Source of the DNA: Desulfobacteraceae bacterium UBA2245
GTDB taxonomy: Bacteria > Desulfobacterota > Desulfobacteria > Desulfobacterales > UBA2245
DNA: 64,000 bases
Direction: 5' to 3'
Assembly: GCA_002347265.1 (NCBI GenBank)
Contig: DDYB01000032.1
Location: 193,389-257,388 of the forward strand
The stretch's first letter is position 1; every line of letters begins with the position of its first letter. Below are positions 47,654-58,046 of this stretch, piece after piece. The translations under genes and the position numbers were made by a program. The notes beneath the pieces were generated by a model, which had not been told where the DNA came from, searched no databases, and saw only the letters and a program-made list of their open reading frames with translations.

Positions 47654-50329
47654 ATGTGGTTTTCAAAATCAAAAGAAGATGTCCTTAAAGAACTGAACGT
47701 CGATCCCCTGATCGGTCTCTCTGAAGAAGAAATCAGGATCAGGCAGGGAAAATACGGCCCGAACATATTAAAAAAACGAAAAAAGAAGACTGTCCTTCAG
47801 ATGTTCATTGCGCAACTTCAGGACTGGCTGATCTATATTCTGTTTGCAGCCGTCATCATTACCCTGTTCATGGGCGAGTATATCGATGCAATCATCATCC
47901 TGCTGGTGATTGTCCTTAATGCAGTCCTCGGCGTTGTCCAGGAAGTCAAAGCGGGCAATGCCATTGAGGCGCTTCAGAAAATGTCCTCGCCCAGAGCGCT
48001 TGTCCGCAGAAATGGAACAATCAGAGAGGTTGATTCCGAAGACGTGGTGCCCGGCGATATCCTCATTCTTGATGCCGGTCGATTTATAGCTGCCGATATT
48101 CGATTGGTCGAGTCGGCGAATCTGCAGATAGAAGAATCGGCGCTGACCGGTGAATCCGTTCCTTCATCCAAGGACGCGGCAGCTATTCACCATGATTCTA
48201 AAACGCCTCTGGGCGACCGCGCAAACTCCGCATTCATGTCAACCCTGGTCACTTATGGGAGAGGCGTTGGCGTTGTTGTTGCAACAGGAATGAATACCGA
48301 GGTGGGGAAAATTGCCGGAATCATTGAGACCGATGAAGCCAAAACCCCTCTGGAAATCAGGCTGGATGAATTAGGCAAAACACTCGGCAAGCTGGCAATA
48401 GGCATCTGCGTCTTTATTTTCATTATCGCCTTATTCCAGGGAAGAGACCTGGCGGAAATGTTCTTAATTTCCGTTTCTTTGGCTGTGGCATCCATACCGG
48501 AGGGGCTTGCAGCCATCGTGGCGGTAGTTCTTTCCATCGGCGTAACCAATATGTCCAAAAAAAACGCCATCGTCAAAAGGCTGGTGGCCGTTGAAACCCT
48601 TGGATCGGTAAACATTGTCTGCTCCGATAAAACCGGCACGCTCACTCAGAACAAAATGACCGTTACAAGATATTTCAACATGGAAGGTGAAGCATCGGTA
48701 GAACCGGGAGAGGACAACCCCGCCTCGACGGATGCAAAACTGCTTGCGAAGGCCATGATCCTGTGCTCCGATGCTACCTATGACAACGGCGAGGGAACGG
48801 GCGACCCCACTGAGATCGCCCTGCTGGTTTTTGGGGATGCGCTGGGTATTGATCGAAAATCACTTTATGCCGCAAGCAAACGCGTCGACGAATTTTCCTT
48901 TGATTCGGAGCGTAAACTGATGTCCACGCTGAACAGGGAAAACGGCGGCTACATGGTCTACTCAAAGGGGGCGATTGATAACCTTTTAAAAATCTGTACC
49001 CATGTTCTGGTCAAAGGAGAGGCGGTCCCTATTACCGACGCACACATCAGGAAATACGCCGATGCCGCTGAAAGCATGGCCGGTAAATCGCTTCGCACAC
49101 TGGGCGCGGCCTATAAGCCGGTAGATGACCTTGTCGACCCTTCTGAAATGGAAAAAGATCTTATTCTTGCAGGACTTGTAGGAATGATTGACCTGCCGAG
49201 AATTGAAGTGAAGCCTGCAATTGAAAAGGCAAAAAAAGCCGGCATTACGACGATTATGATTACAGGCGACCACAGGAAAACCGCCTATGCAATCGGGCAT
49301 GAGCTGGGCATTGCGGACAGTCTTGAGCAGGCGGTCACAGGTCAGGAAATCGATGGTTTTACAGATGAAGAATTTGCAGACAGAGTCGTCAACTACCGTA
49401 TATTTGCCCGCGTTTCCCCTGAACACAAGGTAAGGATCGTAAACGCCCTGCAGGCCAGCGGAAATATTGTGTCCATGACAGGCGACGGCGTCAATGACGC
49501 GCCTTCTTTAAGTACGGCTGATATCGGCGTTGCCATGGGAATTACAGGCACCGATGTCGCCAAAAGCGCCTCGGATATGATTCTTACAGACGACAACTTT
49601 ACGACCATTATTTCTGCGATCGAACAGGGCAGAAACATTTACAGCAACATCAAAAAGTCGGTGATCTTTCTTCTCACCTGCAACCTGGGGGAAGTGGTCG
49701 CCATGTTTTTTACGCTTCTTGCCGGGTGGGCGGCGCCATTGATTGCGACCCAGATCCTGTGGATCAACCTTCTCACGGACTCCCTGCCGGCAATAGCGCT
49801 GGGCATGGATCCCGGAGATCCGGATATAATGAAAGAAAAACCGCGCGATCCGCAAGAAAGCTTTTTTGCAGGCGGCGCAGGTCTGCGCGCTCTGTCAGGC
49901 GGCATCCTGATCGGCGCATTAACCATCTTTGCCTTCTGGTTCGGTCATTACGAGCGTGGATACAGCCCCTTTGCCGAATCGGTGCCGGCAGATGTCACGG
50001 AGTATGCGAGAACCATGGCCTTCATGGTGCTGGTGGCATGTCAGTTATACTATTCCCTGGCCTTTAGAAACAGCGTTAAATCCATTTTCCGAATCGGTAT
50101 TTTCTCCAATAAATATCTGATGGGCGCTATCGTGCTGGGACTGCTTCTTCAATTGATCGTGATATGCGTCCCGGCAATGCAAAGCGCCTTTAAACTGCAA
50201 ATGCTTGATCTTCAGGGATGGGTAATGGCTGTTGTCCTGGGACTCATTCCGCTCGTGGCAAGCGAACTGCATAAATTCTTTATTCGTGTGAGCAGGAAAA
50301 GAAAAATGCCTGAGCGTGAAGAGATATAG
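47654..50329 (+). CDS. P-type cation-transporting ATPase, P2 (Ca2+-ATPase-like)
   Basis: CSDKTGTLT phosphorylation site, IPEGL in TM4, MITGDH, TGDGVNDAPSL, about 10 TM helices. Confidence 0.88.
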   Translation: MWFSKSKEDVLKELNVDPLIGLSEEEIRIRQGKYGPNILKKRKKKTVLQMFIAQLQDWLIYILFAAVIITLFMGEYIDAIIILLVIVLNAVLGVVQEVKAGNAIEALQKMSSPRALVRRNGTIREVDSEDVVPGDILILDAGRFIAADIRLVESANLQIEESALTGESVPSSKDAAAIHHDSKTPLGDRANSAFMSTLVTYGRGVGVVVATGMNTEVGKIAGIIETDEAKTPLEIRLDELGKTLGKLAIGICVFIFIIALFQGRDLAEMFLISVSLAVASIPEGLAAIVAVVLSIGVTNMSKKNAIVKRLVAVETLGSVNIVCSDKTGTLTQNKMTVTRYFNMEGEASVEPGEDNPASTDAKLLAKAMILCSDATYDNGEGTGDPTEIALLVFGDALGIDRKSLYAASKRVDEFSFDSERKLMSTLNRENGGYMVYSKGAIDNLLKICTHVLVKGEAVPITDAHIRKYADAAESMAGKSLRTLGAAYKPVDDLVDPSEMEKDLILAGLVGMIDLPRIEVKPAIEKAKKAGITTIMITGDHRKTAYAIGHELGIADSLEQAVTGQEIDGFTDEEFADRVVNYRIFARVSPEHKVRIVNALQASGNIVSMTGDGVNDAPSLSTADIGVAMGITGTDVAKSASDMILTDDNFTTIISAIEQGRNIYSNIKKSVIFLLTCNLGEVVAMFFTLLAGWAAPLIATQILWINLLTDSLPAIALGMDPGDPDIMKEKPRDPQESFFAGGAGLRALSGGILIGALTIFAFWFGHYERGYSPFAESVPADVTEYARTMAFMVLVACQLYYSLAFRNSVKSIFRIGIFSNKYLMGAIVLGLLLQLIVICVPAMQSAFKLQMLDLQGWVMAVVLGLIPLVASELHKFFIRVSRKRKMPEREEI

Positions 50330-50552
50330 TCGACCACAACCAGCGATCATGATTTATCATCTTTGAAAAACCTGCCAGAAATCCAGAAGCCCTTACCGGT
50401 CAAGCTCCTGTGTGGCAACGCGCAAAAAAATTCTGGCCTTCTGAAGACGGCAACGTTATTCTGAAAGCATCGAACCATATCCTGATTTTCACTCCGTCCA
50501 TTCCAGGCGCTTTTGATTGATTGACGCTCTTTTGTCGCAAAGGAGCCGGTTG

Positions 50553-51287
50553 ATGAAAAAAACTCCGTTTTTTGTCTGCATGCTTCTTTTGATAGGGTTT
50601 TCGGCGCTTTACGCGTCGGACGATGAAGCCGGATATCTGAAGGCCAGAGAGAACATGGTCCGGGTTCAGATCGAGGCCCGGGGGATTTCCGATGCAAAGG
50701 TTCTCAAAGCCATGCGGGAGGTCCCCCGTCATCTGTTTGTCCCGGTTCAACTCAGAGGCAGGGCCTATTCCGACTCTCCGCTTCCCATCGGAGGCGGACA
50801 GACGATCTCCCAGCCCTATATCGTGGCCCTGATGACGGAAAGCCTCGGTCTGAAAGGCGATGAACGCGTTCTTGAAATCGGAACCGGTTCGGGCTATCAG
50901 GCCGCGGTTCTCGCTGGAATCGTAAAAGAAGTTTATTCCATCGAGATTCGAAAAGACCTTTACGAAAACGCTTCGCAAACCCTTGGGTCCCTGAATTTCA
51001 CAGACATCCAGACCCGCCATGGGGACGGCTACTTCGGCTGGAAGGAGGTGGCCCCGTTTGACGCCATCATGATCACGGCGGCCGTGGATCACATTCCGCC
51101 GCCGCTTTTAGGCCAGCTCAAGGACAGCGGAAAGCTCATTCTGCCGCTTGGCAATCCCTTCAGCTATCAGAACCTTGCTCTGGTAACCCGTCAGGGCGAA
51201 GACTATTCGATCCGGCAGATCACCGGAGTGCTGTTTGTGCCCATGACCGGGCACGCATCGGATCCGGACGCGGGCAAGGGGCGATGA
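50553..51287 (+). CDS. pcm: protein-L-isoaspartate O-methyltransferase with N-terminal signal/anchor sequence
   Basis: [23 protein letters not shown] motifs preceded by [30 protein letters not shown]. Confidence 0.88.
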   Translation: MKKTPFFVCMLLLIGFSALYASDDEAGYLKARENMVRVQIEARGISDAKVLKAMREVPRHLFVPVQLRGRAYSDSPLPIGGGQTISQPYIVALMTESLGLKGDERVLEIGTGSGYQAAVLAGIVKEVYSIEIRKDLYENASQTLGSLNFTDIQTRHGDGYFGWKEVAPFDAIMITAAVDHIPPPLLGQLKDSGKLILPLGNPFSYQNLALVTRQGEDYSIRQITGVLFVPMTGHASDPDAGKGR

Positions 51288-53701
51288 TTCCGGCAGCCGT
51301 TTTTCTTCTGTCCGCATCCTCCCTTGCGTTCGAGGTTCTGCTGACCCGGATATTTTCCATTTCCCAGTGGAATCACCTTTCCTTCATGGTCATCAGCATC
51401 GCGCTGTTCGGATTTGCCTCAAGCGGAACCTTCCTCGGCATTCTGGATGCGCGGAAACAAGGATGGGAAAAACATCTTTCCACGGACCATTCGTACAAGA
51501 TCCTGTCGCTGCTTTACAGCCTGACGGCGATCCTTTCCTACATCGTCCTGAACCGGATGCCCCTGGATTATTTCCGCCTTGCGCTTGAACCCGTTCAGGC
51601 GCTGTATCTTCTGACCGCCTATCTGATTCTGTGCCTTCCTTTTTTTCTGGCCGGCCTGATCGTGTCTCTGGCTTATGTTCTGATGCCGGATAAAACCGGC
51701 CGTACATATCTTGCCACCATGACCGGTTCGGCCGTCGGCGCATTTGCGCCATTTGTCCTGGTTCCTTTTTGCGGAGAAGGGCCTCTCATCATTCTGGTTT
51801 CCCTGATTCCCCTGGTGATCCTGCCGTTTCCCGTCCGGGGTTTGAAACCTTTGATGCCGGATGACCGCCGCTCCGGAAAATCGTATTTTATCATGCTTCT
51901 GGCCGGAATCGGATGGACGCTGACAGCGGTTTTCTTCATATTTCACGACAACGGCGCGATGATTCACGTCAGGCCTTCGGCATACAAATTCCTGAGTCAG
52001 ATGCTGAAGTATCCCAATACGCGTATTGCCGGAACAGTCTTCAGTCTGAAGGGGAGAATCGACAGAGTCGAGAGCCCGTATGTGCGTTTTGCGCCCGGGT
52101 TGAGCCTCAAATACACCGAAAAGCTGCCCGATCAGTGGGTCGCTTTCAAGGATGCCGATGATCCGTTCGTCTTTTTCGATTCAGATCAGATCCGGAAAAC
52201 CCGTTTCGGCGCCGGCACGCTCTCCTTTGCCGGCTATCATCTGATACCGGATGCCGAAAAGACGCTGATCATTCAAAGCGGTGGCGGATCGGCGATTGCC
52301 TGCGCCATCGCATCCGGCGTGCGGAACATCCAGGTGGTTGAAAACAATCCCCATATTGCGGAGCTGATCCGCCGTCATTACGGACTTTCGGTGTTCGACG
52401 GAAATTCGAAAACCTTTCTCAAGCATACGGACGAGAGATTCGACCTGATTCAGATTGAAAACTGGGGCCCGTCCATTCCCGGAGCCGCGGCCCTGACGCA
52501 GAATCATCTCTTTACCGTCGCGTCTTTGAAATCCTGTCTGGAACATCTTTCTTCCCGCGGGGTTCTGATCATATCCCGAAAGCTGCTGCTGCCTCCGGCG
52601 GACAGCCTGCGTCTGTGGAGCAGCGCATATGAAAGCCTGAAGATGATGAATGCCGCAAACCCCGGTGAGCACATCACCGTGCTGAGAAACTGGGATACCT
52701 TTACCCTGATCGTCTCTCTGCCCCCTCTGGGTCCGCGTGCTGAAAAATTAAAGGATTTTGCGCGGCAGTGGAATTTTGACCTGGTTTATCTGCCCGCTCT
52801 TTCCGAAGCATCGGCAAACCGGTACAGCATGTTTGACCGGCCGTTTCATTTCCTTGAAATCAGCCGGCTTGCCAGGGCCTATGAAACCGGAGAACAAAAG
52901 CGGTATTTCAACGAATACTTTCTGGACGTGAGACCTCAGACTGACGACCGGCCCTTTCCCAGCCGATTTTTGAAATGGTCCGGATTCCAGGAAAGCTACC
53001 AGGCTTCCGGAAGCAGGTTCTACCCGTTGTTCATGTCCGGTGAGATCGTGGTCTGGGTTGTTTTTATCGAGGCCCTTGTCGTCTCGGTTGTGCTGCTGAT
53101 GCTGCCGCTTCTGGCGATCCGCACAAGAGGCAGAAGATTTCCCGTCCGCAGTTTGATCTTTTTTCTGTCCGTGGGCGCGGGCTTCATGTTTGTCGAAATG
53201 TTTTTCATCAAGGTCTATACCTTGCTTTTCGCCGATCCCGTGATCAGCTTCACGATGGTCATCACAGGCGTTCTGGTCTTTTCCGGCGTGGGCGGCTATT
53301 TTTCAGAACGCATCGATATGCCTCGTCTTCGGTATGGGCTGGCAGGGCTGATTGCCTGCCTGGTTATCGGGTATTTTTCGGTTTATGCCGTTGTGGGCAG
53401 GCTTTTGGGGCTTTCTCTGACGGCGCAGTATGTCTGGGCTTTTGCTCTGCTTCTGCCCGTTGGCCTGTTGATGGGTCTGCCCTTTCCCGTCGCCATGCAG
53501 CGCGGTCTGGAGAGCCCCTTTCAGCGGGCCCATGCGTGGGCGGCAAACGGATGCGCATCCGTGCTGGCCTCGATTCTCTCGGTTCAGATCGCGCTGAATT
53601 TCGGAATATCGACCATCATGCTTGCCGCGGTGTGTTCATATGCGATTTCCCTGTTCAGCGCAGAAGGGCCTGTCAAAACCATTGTTCAAAAAGATCAATG
53701 A
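51284..53701 (+). CDS. polytopic membrane protein with central spermidine-synthase-like (class I MTase fold) domain
   Basis: N- and C-terminal clusters of TM helices flank a soluble region ([29 protein letters not shown]...FDLIQIE). It overlaps pcm by ATGA. Confidence 0.7.
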   Translation: MIPAAVFLLSASSLAFEVLLTRIFSISQWNHLSFMVISIALFGFASSGTFLGILDARKQGWEKHLSTDHSYKILSLLYSLTAILSYIVLNRMPLDYFRLALEPVQALYLLTAYLILCLPFFLAGLIVSLAYVLMPDKTGRTYLATMTGSAVGAFAPFVLVPFCGEGPLIILVSLIPLVILPFPVRGLKPLMPDDRRSGKSYFIMLLAGIGWTLTAVFFIFHDNGAMIHVRPSAYKFLSQMLKYPNTRIAGTVFSLKGRIDRVESPYVRFAPGLSLKYTEKLPDQWVAFKDADDPFVFFDSDQIRKTRFGAGTLSFAGYHLIPDAEKTLIIQSGGGSAIACAIASGVRNIQVVENNPHIAELIRRHYGLSVFDGNSKTFLKHTDERFDLIQIENWGPSIPGAAALTQNHLFTVASLKSCLEHLSSRGVLIISRKLLLPPADSLRLWSSAYESLKMMNAANPGEHITVLRNWDTFTLIVSLPPLGPRAEKLKDFARQWNFDLVYLPALSEASANRYSMFDRPFHFLEISRLARAYETGEQKRYFNEYFLDVRPQTDDRPFPSRFLKWSGFQESYQASGSRFYPLFMSGEIVVWVVFIEALVVSVVLLMLPLLAIRTRGRRFPVRSLIFFLSVGAGFMFVEMFFIKVYTLLFADPVISFTMVITGVLVFSGVGGYFSERIDMPRLRYGLAGLIACLVIGYFSVYAVVGRLLGLSLTAQYVWAFALLLPVGLLMGLPFPVAMQRGLESPFQRAHAWAANGCASVLASILSVQIALNFGISTIMLAAVCSYAISLFSAEGPVKTIVQKDQ

Positions 53702-53908
53702 CCTGTAAAGGGCTGATTTGATCCGATGCTGCATATGATATTGGCAACGCCTTATCGTTTATGATATGGGGCGGCGAGCGGCTGCGTTATTCCGACTGTC
53801 TTCCGCAAATGGCGGCATTGCCGAATGCGCCGGTTAACACCTCCGGAAGAACCTTTGCCGCAGCATGCCTGAATTGAACGGATGCTTGAATCGAAAGGCG
53901 GTTTCACC

Positions 53909-56407
53909 ATGTTTTTAAGGCGTCATCAGAAGACGGCCATCATCTGGAAGGATCAAGAGATCAGCTATGAAGCGCTCCTGGGGCATATTGATTTTTTTGC
54001 CGAAGCGTTTTCCTCGAAAAATTACCGGAAGGCGGCGATTTTTTCCGAAAACAGGCCGGAGTGGGCCTATGCGTTTTATGCGGCTTGGCGCAACGGCTGC
54101 ATCGCGGTTCCCGTTGATTTCATGAGCACGGCGGGGGATCTTGCCTATATTCTCGAAGACTGCCGGCCGGAACTGATCTTCTGCTCGCGCGGAACGCGCC
54201 CTGTTCTGGAAGAGGCTCGCGGGAAAATTTCATATGATATCGATATCCGGGTTTTTGAGGACATGAAGCAACCCGCTGAAATACAGACGGGAACCTCGTT
54301 TCCGGAATGCGACCCGATGAAAACCGCCGCGATCATCTATACCTCCGGCACCACGGGAAGCCCCAAGGGCGTGATGCTTTCTTATGACAACCTGCTTGCC
54401 AATATCGAATCCGTATCCGAGGAGGTCAAAATATTCACCCCCGACGACAGGGTCATGGTCCTGCTGCCGCTGAACCATATTTTCCCCCTGCTCGGATCCC
54501 TGATTCTGCCCCTGTATGTGGGGGGAACGGCCGTATTCTGCCCTTCCATGGCTTCCGAAGACCTGATGGATACCCTGCAGCGGCACGGCATCACGATCAT
54601 CATCGGCGTGCCCAGGCTCTACAGCCTCATTCGAAAATCCGTCAAGGACAAGATTCAGGCAAGCCTTTTGGCAAGAGGCCTGTTCGCACTCGCCGGAGCG
54701 ATCGGATCTATTCGTTTTTCAAGAATGCTGTTTAAAAAGGTTCACGAGAAACTGGGCGGAAACATTCGGTTTCTGGTCAGCGGCGGCGCGAAACTCGACG
54801 AGGAGGTGGGCCGGGATCTGAAAACGCTGGGTTTAGAGGTGCTCGAAGGATTCGGCATGACCGAGGCGGCGCCCATGATCTCATTTACCCGCCCTGGAGA
54901 GGTTCTGGTCGGTTCCGCGGGAAGGCCCATGACCTGCAACGAGGTCAGAATCGAGGACGGGGAGATCCTGGCAAAGGGCCGCAACATCATGCAGGGCTAT
55001 TACAACCGGCCTGAAGAGACCCTTGCGGTTGTAAAGGACGGCTGGCTTCACACCGGAGACCTGGGGTATCTGGATCACATGGGACTGATTCATATCACCG
55101 GAAGAAAAAAAGAGATCATTGTGCTTCCGAACGGGAAAAACGTCAATCCCGTGGAGATCGAACGCAGAATAGCGGCCATGTCCGAGTGCATTGCGGAGGT
55201 CGGCGTGTATTTCAGCGATAATGTGCTTCAGGCCGTGGTGCTGCCGGATTTCAGAAAGGTCAGGGAACTGGGGATTTCGAACCTGAATGAAACCCTGAGA
55301 CAGGAGGTGTTTGATCCCTACAACCGGTCCGAGCCGCCCTACCGGCGGATCATGCGGCATCATGTTCTGACCGGGGATCTTCCGAAAACCCGGCTGGGCA
55401 AGATCAAGCGATTCATGCTTTCGTCTCTGGCCGGTGATGCTTCCCGCGACAGGGATAAAGGAAAGGAACCGGATTTCGAGGAATACGCGGCAATCCGGGA
55501 TTTTCTTCGGGAACAGACGGAAAAGGACATATTTCCCGAAGACCATTTCGAAATTGATCTGGGGCTGGACTCTCTGGACCGGGTCGGCCTTCAGGCCTTT
55601 CTTCAGGCCAGTTTCGGCATCGAGGTGGGGGAAGAGGACCTTCTGGATCACCCGACCGTAAAGAAACTGTCGCTCTACATCCGGGAAAAGAAGAAAAAGA
55701 TCAGCGTTTCGGTGGTTCAATGGGCCGAGATATTCCGGGAAAAGGCGGATGTCGTTCTCCCCCGAAGCTGGCCGGCGCACAACTTCGTCAAAAACCTTGC
55801 ACGATACGTACTCGGATCTTACTTCAGACTCAGGGTCAAAGGCCTTGAAAATCTGCCCAAAGAACCCTTTGTCGTTGTGCCGAATCACCAGAGTTTTCTG
55901 GATGGACTGTTTGTGATTTCGTTTCTCAAGAACAGCCTGAACAAAAACACCTATTTCTACGCCAAAAAAAAGCACGTCCAGAAAAGCTGGCTTAAATTTC
56001 TGGCGAGCCGCAACAACGTGATTGTAATGGATATCAACAAGGACCTGAAGGCATCGCTGCAGAAGCTTGCCGAGGTGCTCAGGCAGGGCAAGAACATCAT
56101 CATCTTCCCCGAGGGAACCCGGACAAAAGACGGCCGGATCGGCGGTTTCAAAAAAACATTTGCCATCCTGAGCCGGGAGCTCAACGTTCCGGTGGTTCCT
56201 GTGGCGATTCAGGGCGCCTTTGAGGCGCTTCCAGCCGGCACCGTCATTCCGAAACCGTATCAGAAGATTCAGGTCAGTTTCCTGGACCCGATCTATCCGG
56301 ACGGTCACACCTATGATTCGCTCAATGATCTGGTGTTTCAGAGGATTGCGTCGGAACTGGCGTCACTGGCCGGTCAATCCGAAGCCGCGGCGCCGCAACA
56401 TCATTGA
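53909..56407 (+). CDS. tri-domain protein: acyl-AMP/CoA ligase + phosphopantetheine carrier domain + lysophospholipid acyltransferase (PlsC-like)
   Basis: YTSGTTGSPKGV, GFGMTEA, TGDLGY and GRKKEIIV (adenylation); LGLDSLDRV (carrier Ser); NHQSFLDG and FPEGTRT (LPLAT). Confidence 0.8.
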   Translation: MFLRRHQKTAIIWKDQEISYEALLGHIDFFAEAFSSKNYRKAAIFSENRPEWAYAFYAAWRNGCIAVPVDFMSTAGDLAYILEDCRPELIFCSRGTRPVLEEARGKISYDIDIRVFEDMKQPAEIQTGTSFPECDPMKTAAIIYTSGTTGSPKGVMLSYDNLLANIESVSEEVKIFTPDDRVMVLLPLNHIFPLLGSLILPLYVGGTAVFCPSMASEDLMDTLQRHGITIIIGVPRLYSLIRKSVKDKIQASLLARGLFALAGAIGSIRFSRMLFKKVHEKLGGNIRFLVSGGAKLDEEVGRDLKTLGLEVLEGFGMTEAAPMISFTRPGEVLVGSAGRPMTCNEVRIEDGEILAKGRNIMQGYYNRPEETLAVVKDGWLHTGDLGYLDHMGLIHITGRKKEIIVLPNGKNVNPVEIERRIAAMSECIAEVGVYFSDNVLQAVVLPDFRKVRELGISNLNETLRQEVFDPYNRSEPPYRRIMRHHVLTGDLPKTRLGKIKRFMLSSLAGDASRDRDKGKEPDFEEYAAIRDFLREQTEKDIFPEDHFEIDLGLDSLDRVGLQAFLQASFGIEVGEEDLLDHPTVKKLSLYIREKKKKISVSVVQWAEIFREKADVVLPRSWPAHNFVKNLARYVLGSYFRLRVKGLENLPKEPFVVVPNHQSFLDGLFVISFLKNSLNKNTYFYAKKKHVQKSWLKFLASRNNVIVMDINKDLKASLQKLAEVLRQGKNIIIFPEGTRTKDGRIGGFKKTFAILSRELNVPVVPVAIQGAFEALPAGTVIPKPYQKIQVSFLDPIYPDGHTYDSLNDLVFQRIASELASLAGQSEAAAPQHH

Positions 56408-56549
56408 CAATTCGGGGCGCCTGCCTTAAGAGACGATTGTCGGGTTCCGGCAGACCGCTTCGGACGGCGTTTAAATATTTTTCGCCGGAGAAAAGACTTG
56501 TAAAAGGCGTTCATCCGGATTCGGATTCGGATCAGAAAGGAGACAGATT

Positions 56550-57050
56550 TTGGTAAGATTAGAAACCAGCATGGGTGAAATTTTTCTGGAACTTTACGAG
56601 GACAAGGCCCCCAAAACCGTGGCCAACTTTCTGGACTATGTGAATCAGGGCCATTACGATGGTACGATTTTTCACCGGGTCATCGACGGATTCATGATTC
56701 AGGGCGGCGGGCATACCGCCGACATGAAGGAGAAGCCCACCGGAACCCCCGTTGAGAACGAGGCGGACAACGGGCTTAAAAACGAGGCCTATACCGTGGC
56801 CATGGCCCGCACCATGGCCCCTCACAGCGCAACGGCCCAGTTTTTCATCAATGTGAAGAACAACACCTTTCTCAATCACACCGCAAAGACCGACAAGGGC
56901 TGGGGATATGCGGTTTTCGGCAAGGTGGTCAAGGGACACGGCGTGGTGAACAAGATCAAGGGCGTGCCCACCGGAAAGGCGGGTATGATGGCCGACGTAC
57001 CCAAGGAGCCTGTCGTGATTATCAAGGCCGAGGTGGTGGCCGAATCCTAG
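56550..57050 (+). CDS. ppiB: peptidyl-prolyl cis-trans isomerase, cyclophilin type (cytoplasmic)
   Basis: FHRVIDGFMIQGGG and the cyclophilin core, with no signal peptide. Confidence 0.92.
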   Translation: MVRLETSMGEIFLELYEDKAPKTVANFLDYVNQGHYDGTIFHRVIDGFMIQGGGHTADMKEKPTGTPVENEADNGLKNEAYTVAMARTMAPHSATAQFFINVKNNTFLNHTAKTDKGWGYAVFGKVVKGHGVVNKIKGVPTGKAGMMADVPKEPVVIIKAEVVAES

Positions 57051-57060
57051 CGTTTTTTAT

Positions 57061-57096
57061 TTTGCCGCCCGCATTTCAGGGAATGCGGGCGGCAAA
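57061..57096. terminator. 15-bp perfect hairpin between convergent ppiB and ferredoxin-like gene
   Basis: TTTGCCGCCCGCATT-tcaggg-AATGCGGGCGGCAAA. The flanking T-tract is on the 5' side only, so directionality is unclear. Confidence 0.5.
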
Positions 57097-57130
57097 TCTT
57101 CCTTCCTTGAGGCAACGCTGCGTGGCGGCT

Positions 57131-57901
57131 TTACGCGCCGTTTTTCAACAGGCTCGTTTCTTCGTCCGACAGAACCCTTCCCCTTGCGCTGACCTTTATT
57201 TCCCGCATGGGAATCCGGGTTTCGGCCAGGGCCATCGCCTTTTTCAGAATGACCGGAAGACCTGCACAGCAGGGGACCTCCATGAAAACCGCGGTAATGC
57301 TTCGAATGCCGGCGGTCTTGAAGATTTCGGCGAATTTTTGAATGTAATCCTGGGCCGAATCAAACTTGGGGCATCCCATCAGCACGGCCCTGCCTCTGAG
57401 CAGATCCCGGTGAAGGTCGGCATAGGCCACCGCGCTGCAGTCCGCCAGAACCAGAAGATCCGCTCCCTTTAAAAACGGAGCGCCGGCAGGCGCCAGCCGG
57501 ATTTGAATCGGCCAGTGGGAAAGCGCGGATTCCCCTTGAGCATTTGAAAGGTTCCGGGCCACGTTGGCCGACCGGCAGGCGTCTGATTCCGCAAAATTTT
57601 GAATGTGCGTCGAAGGACATCCGCAGGCCATGGTTTTTTCACCGGGTGTTTCCGCTTTCGGGGCAAGGCGGCGTTTTACGGCCGCTTCGTCAAATGCTTC
57701 GACTTCACGATCCACGACCCGGAGCGCGCCGGTGGGGCAGTGGCCGATGCATGCGCCCAGTCCGTCGCAGTATTGTTCGGAAACCAGACGGGCCTTCCCG
57801 TCGATGACCTTCAGGGCGCCTTCTTCGCATCCGGGAACGCACTGGCCGCATCCATCACACAAATTCTCATCGATTTCGATGATTTTTCGTAAAACTTTCA
57901 T
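57131..57901 (-). CDS. 4Fe-4S dicluster ferredoxin-like protein (FrdX-like)
   Basis: CDGCGQCVPGC and CDGLGACIGHCP motifs plus a Cys-rich C-terminal domain (GCPKF..., VPCCAG). It is divergent from the Crp/Fnr gene. Confidence 0.72.
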   Translation of the reverse strand: MKVLRKIIEIDENLCDGCGQCVPGCEEGALKVIDGKARLVSEQYCDGLGACIGHCPTGALRVVDREVEAFDEAAVKRRLAPKAETPGEKTMACGCPSTHIQNFAESDACRSANVARNLSNAQGESALSHWPIQIRLAPAGAPFLKGADLLVLADCSAVAYADLHRDLLRGRAVLMGCPKFDSAQDYIQKFAEIFKTAGIRSITAVFMEVPCCAGLPVILKKAMALAETRIPMREIKVSARGRVLSDEETSLLKNGA

Positions 57902-57980
57902 GATGCCTCCTTTATATAAATACGGGCCGATGATATTTTGAGTCTTGATTCATATCTACCGCATTCAAATCGTTGTTGCC

Positions 57981-57994
57981 TTGACTTATGTCAA
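57981..57994. promoter_or_regulatory. CRP/FNR-type palindrome TTGAC-N4-GTCAA in divergent promoter region
   Basis: TTGACTTATGTCAA read directly. It is 53 nt upstream of the crp/fnr ATG and 80 nt upstream of the ferredoxin-like gene start. Confidence 0.5.
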
Positions 57995-58046
57995 GTGCGG
58001 ATGATAATTTTTGGCGGTTTTGCATATTTGAAACCGGAGAAGGGTT

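Noticed and set aside
54881-56308. 475-aa ORF antisense to the tri-domain acyl ligase gene. The same pattern is seen at 18547..20091, 16486..17484, 42533..43822, 44348..45268, 5529..6506 and 38438..39457.
   Set aside because: All are shadow ORFs opposite strongly supported genes, with no RBS and no family signatures.
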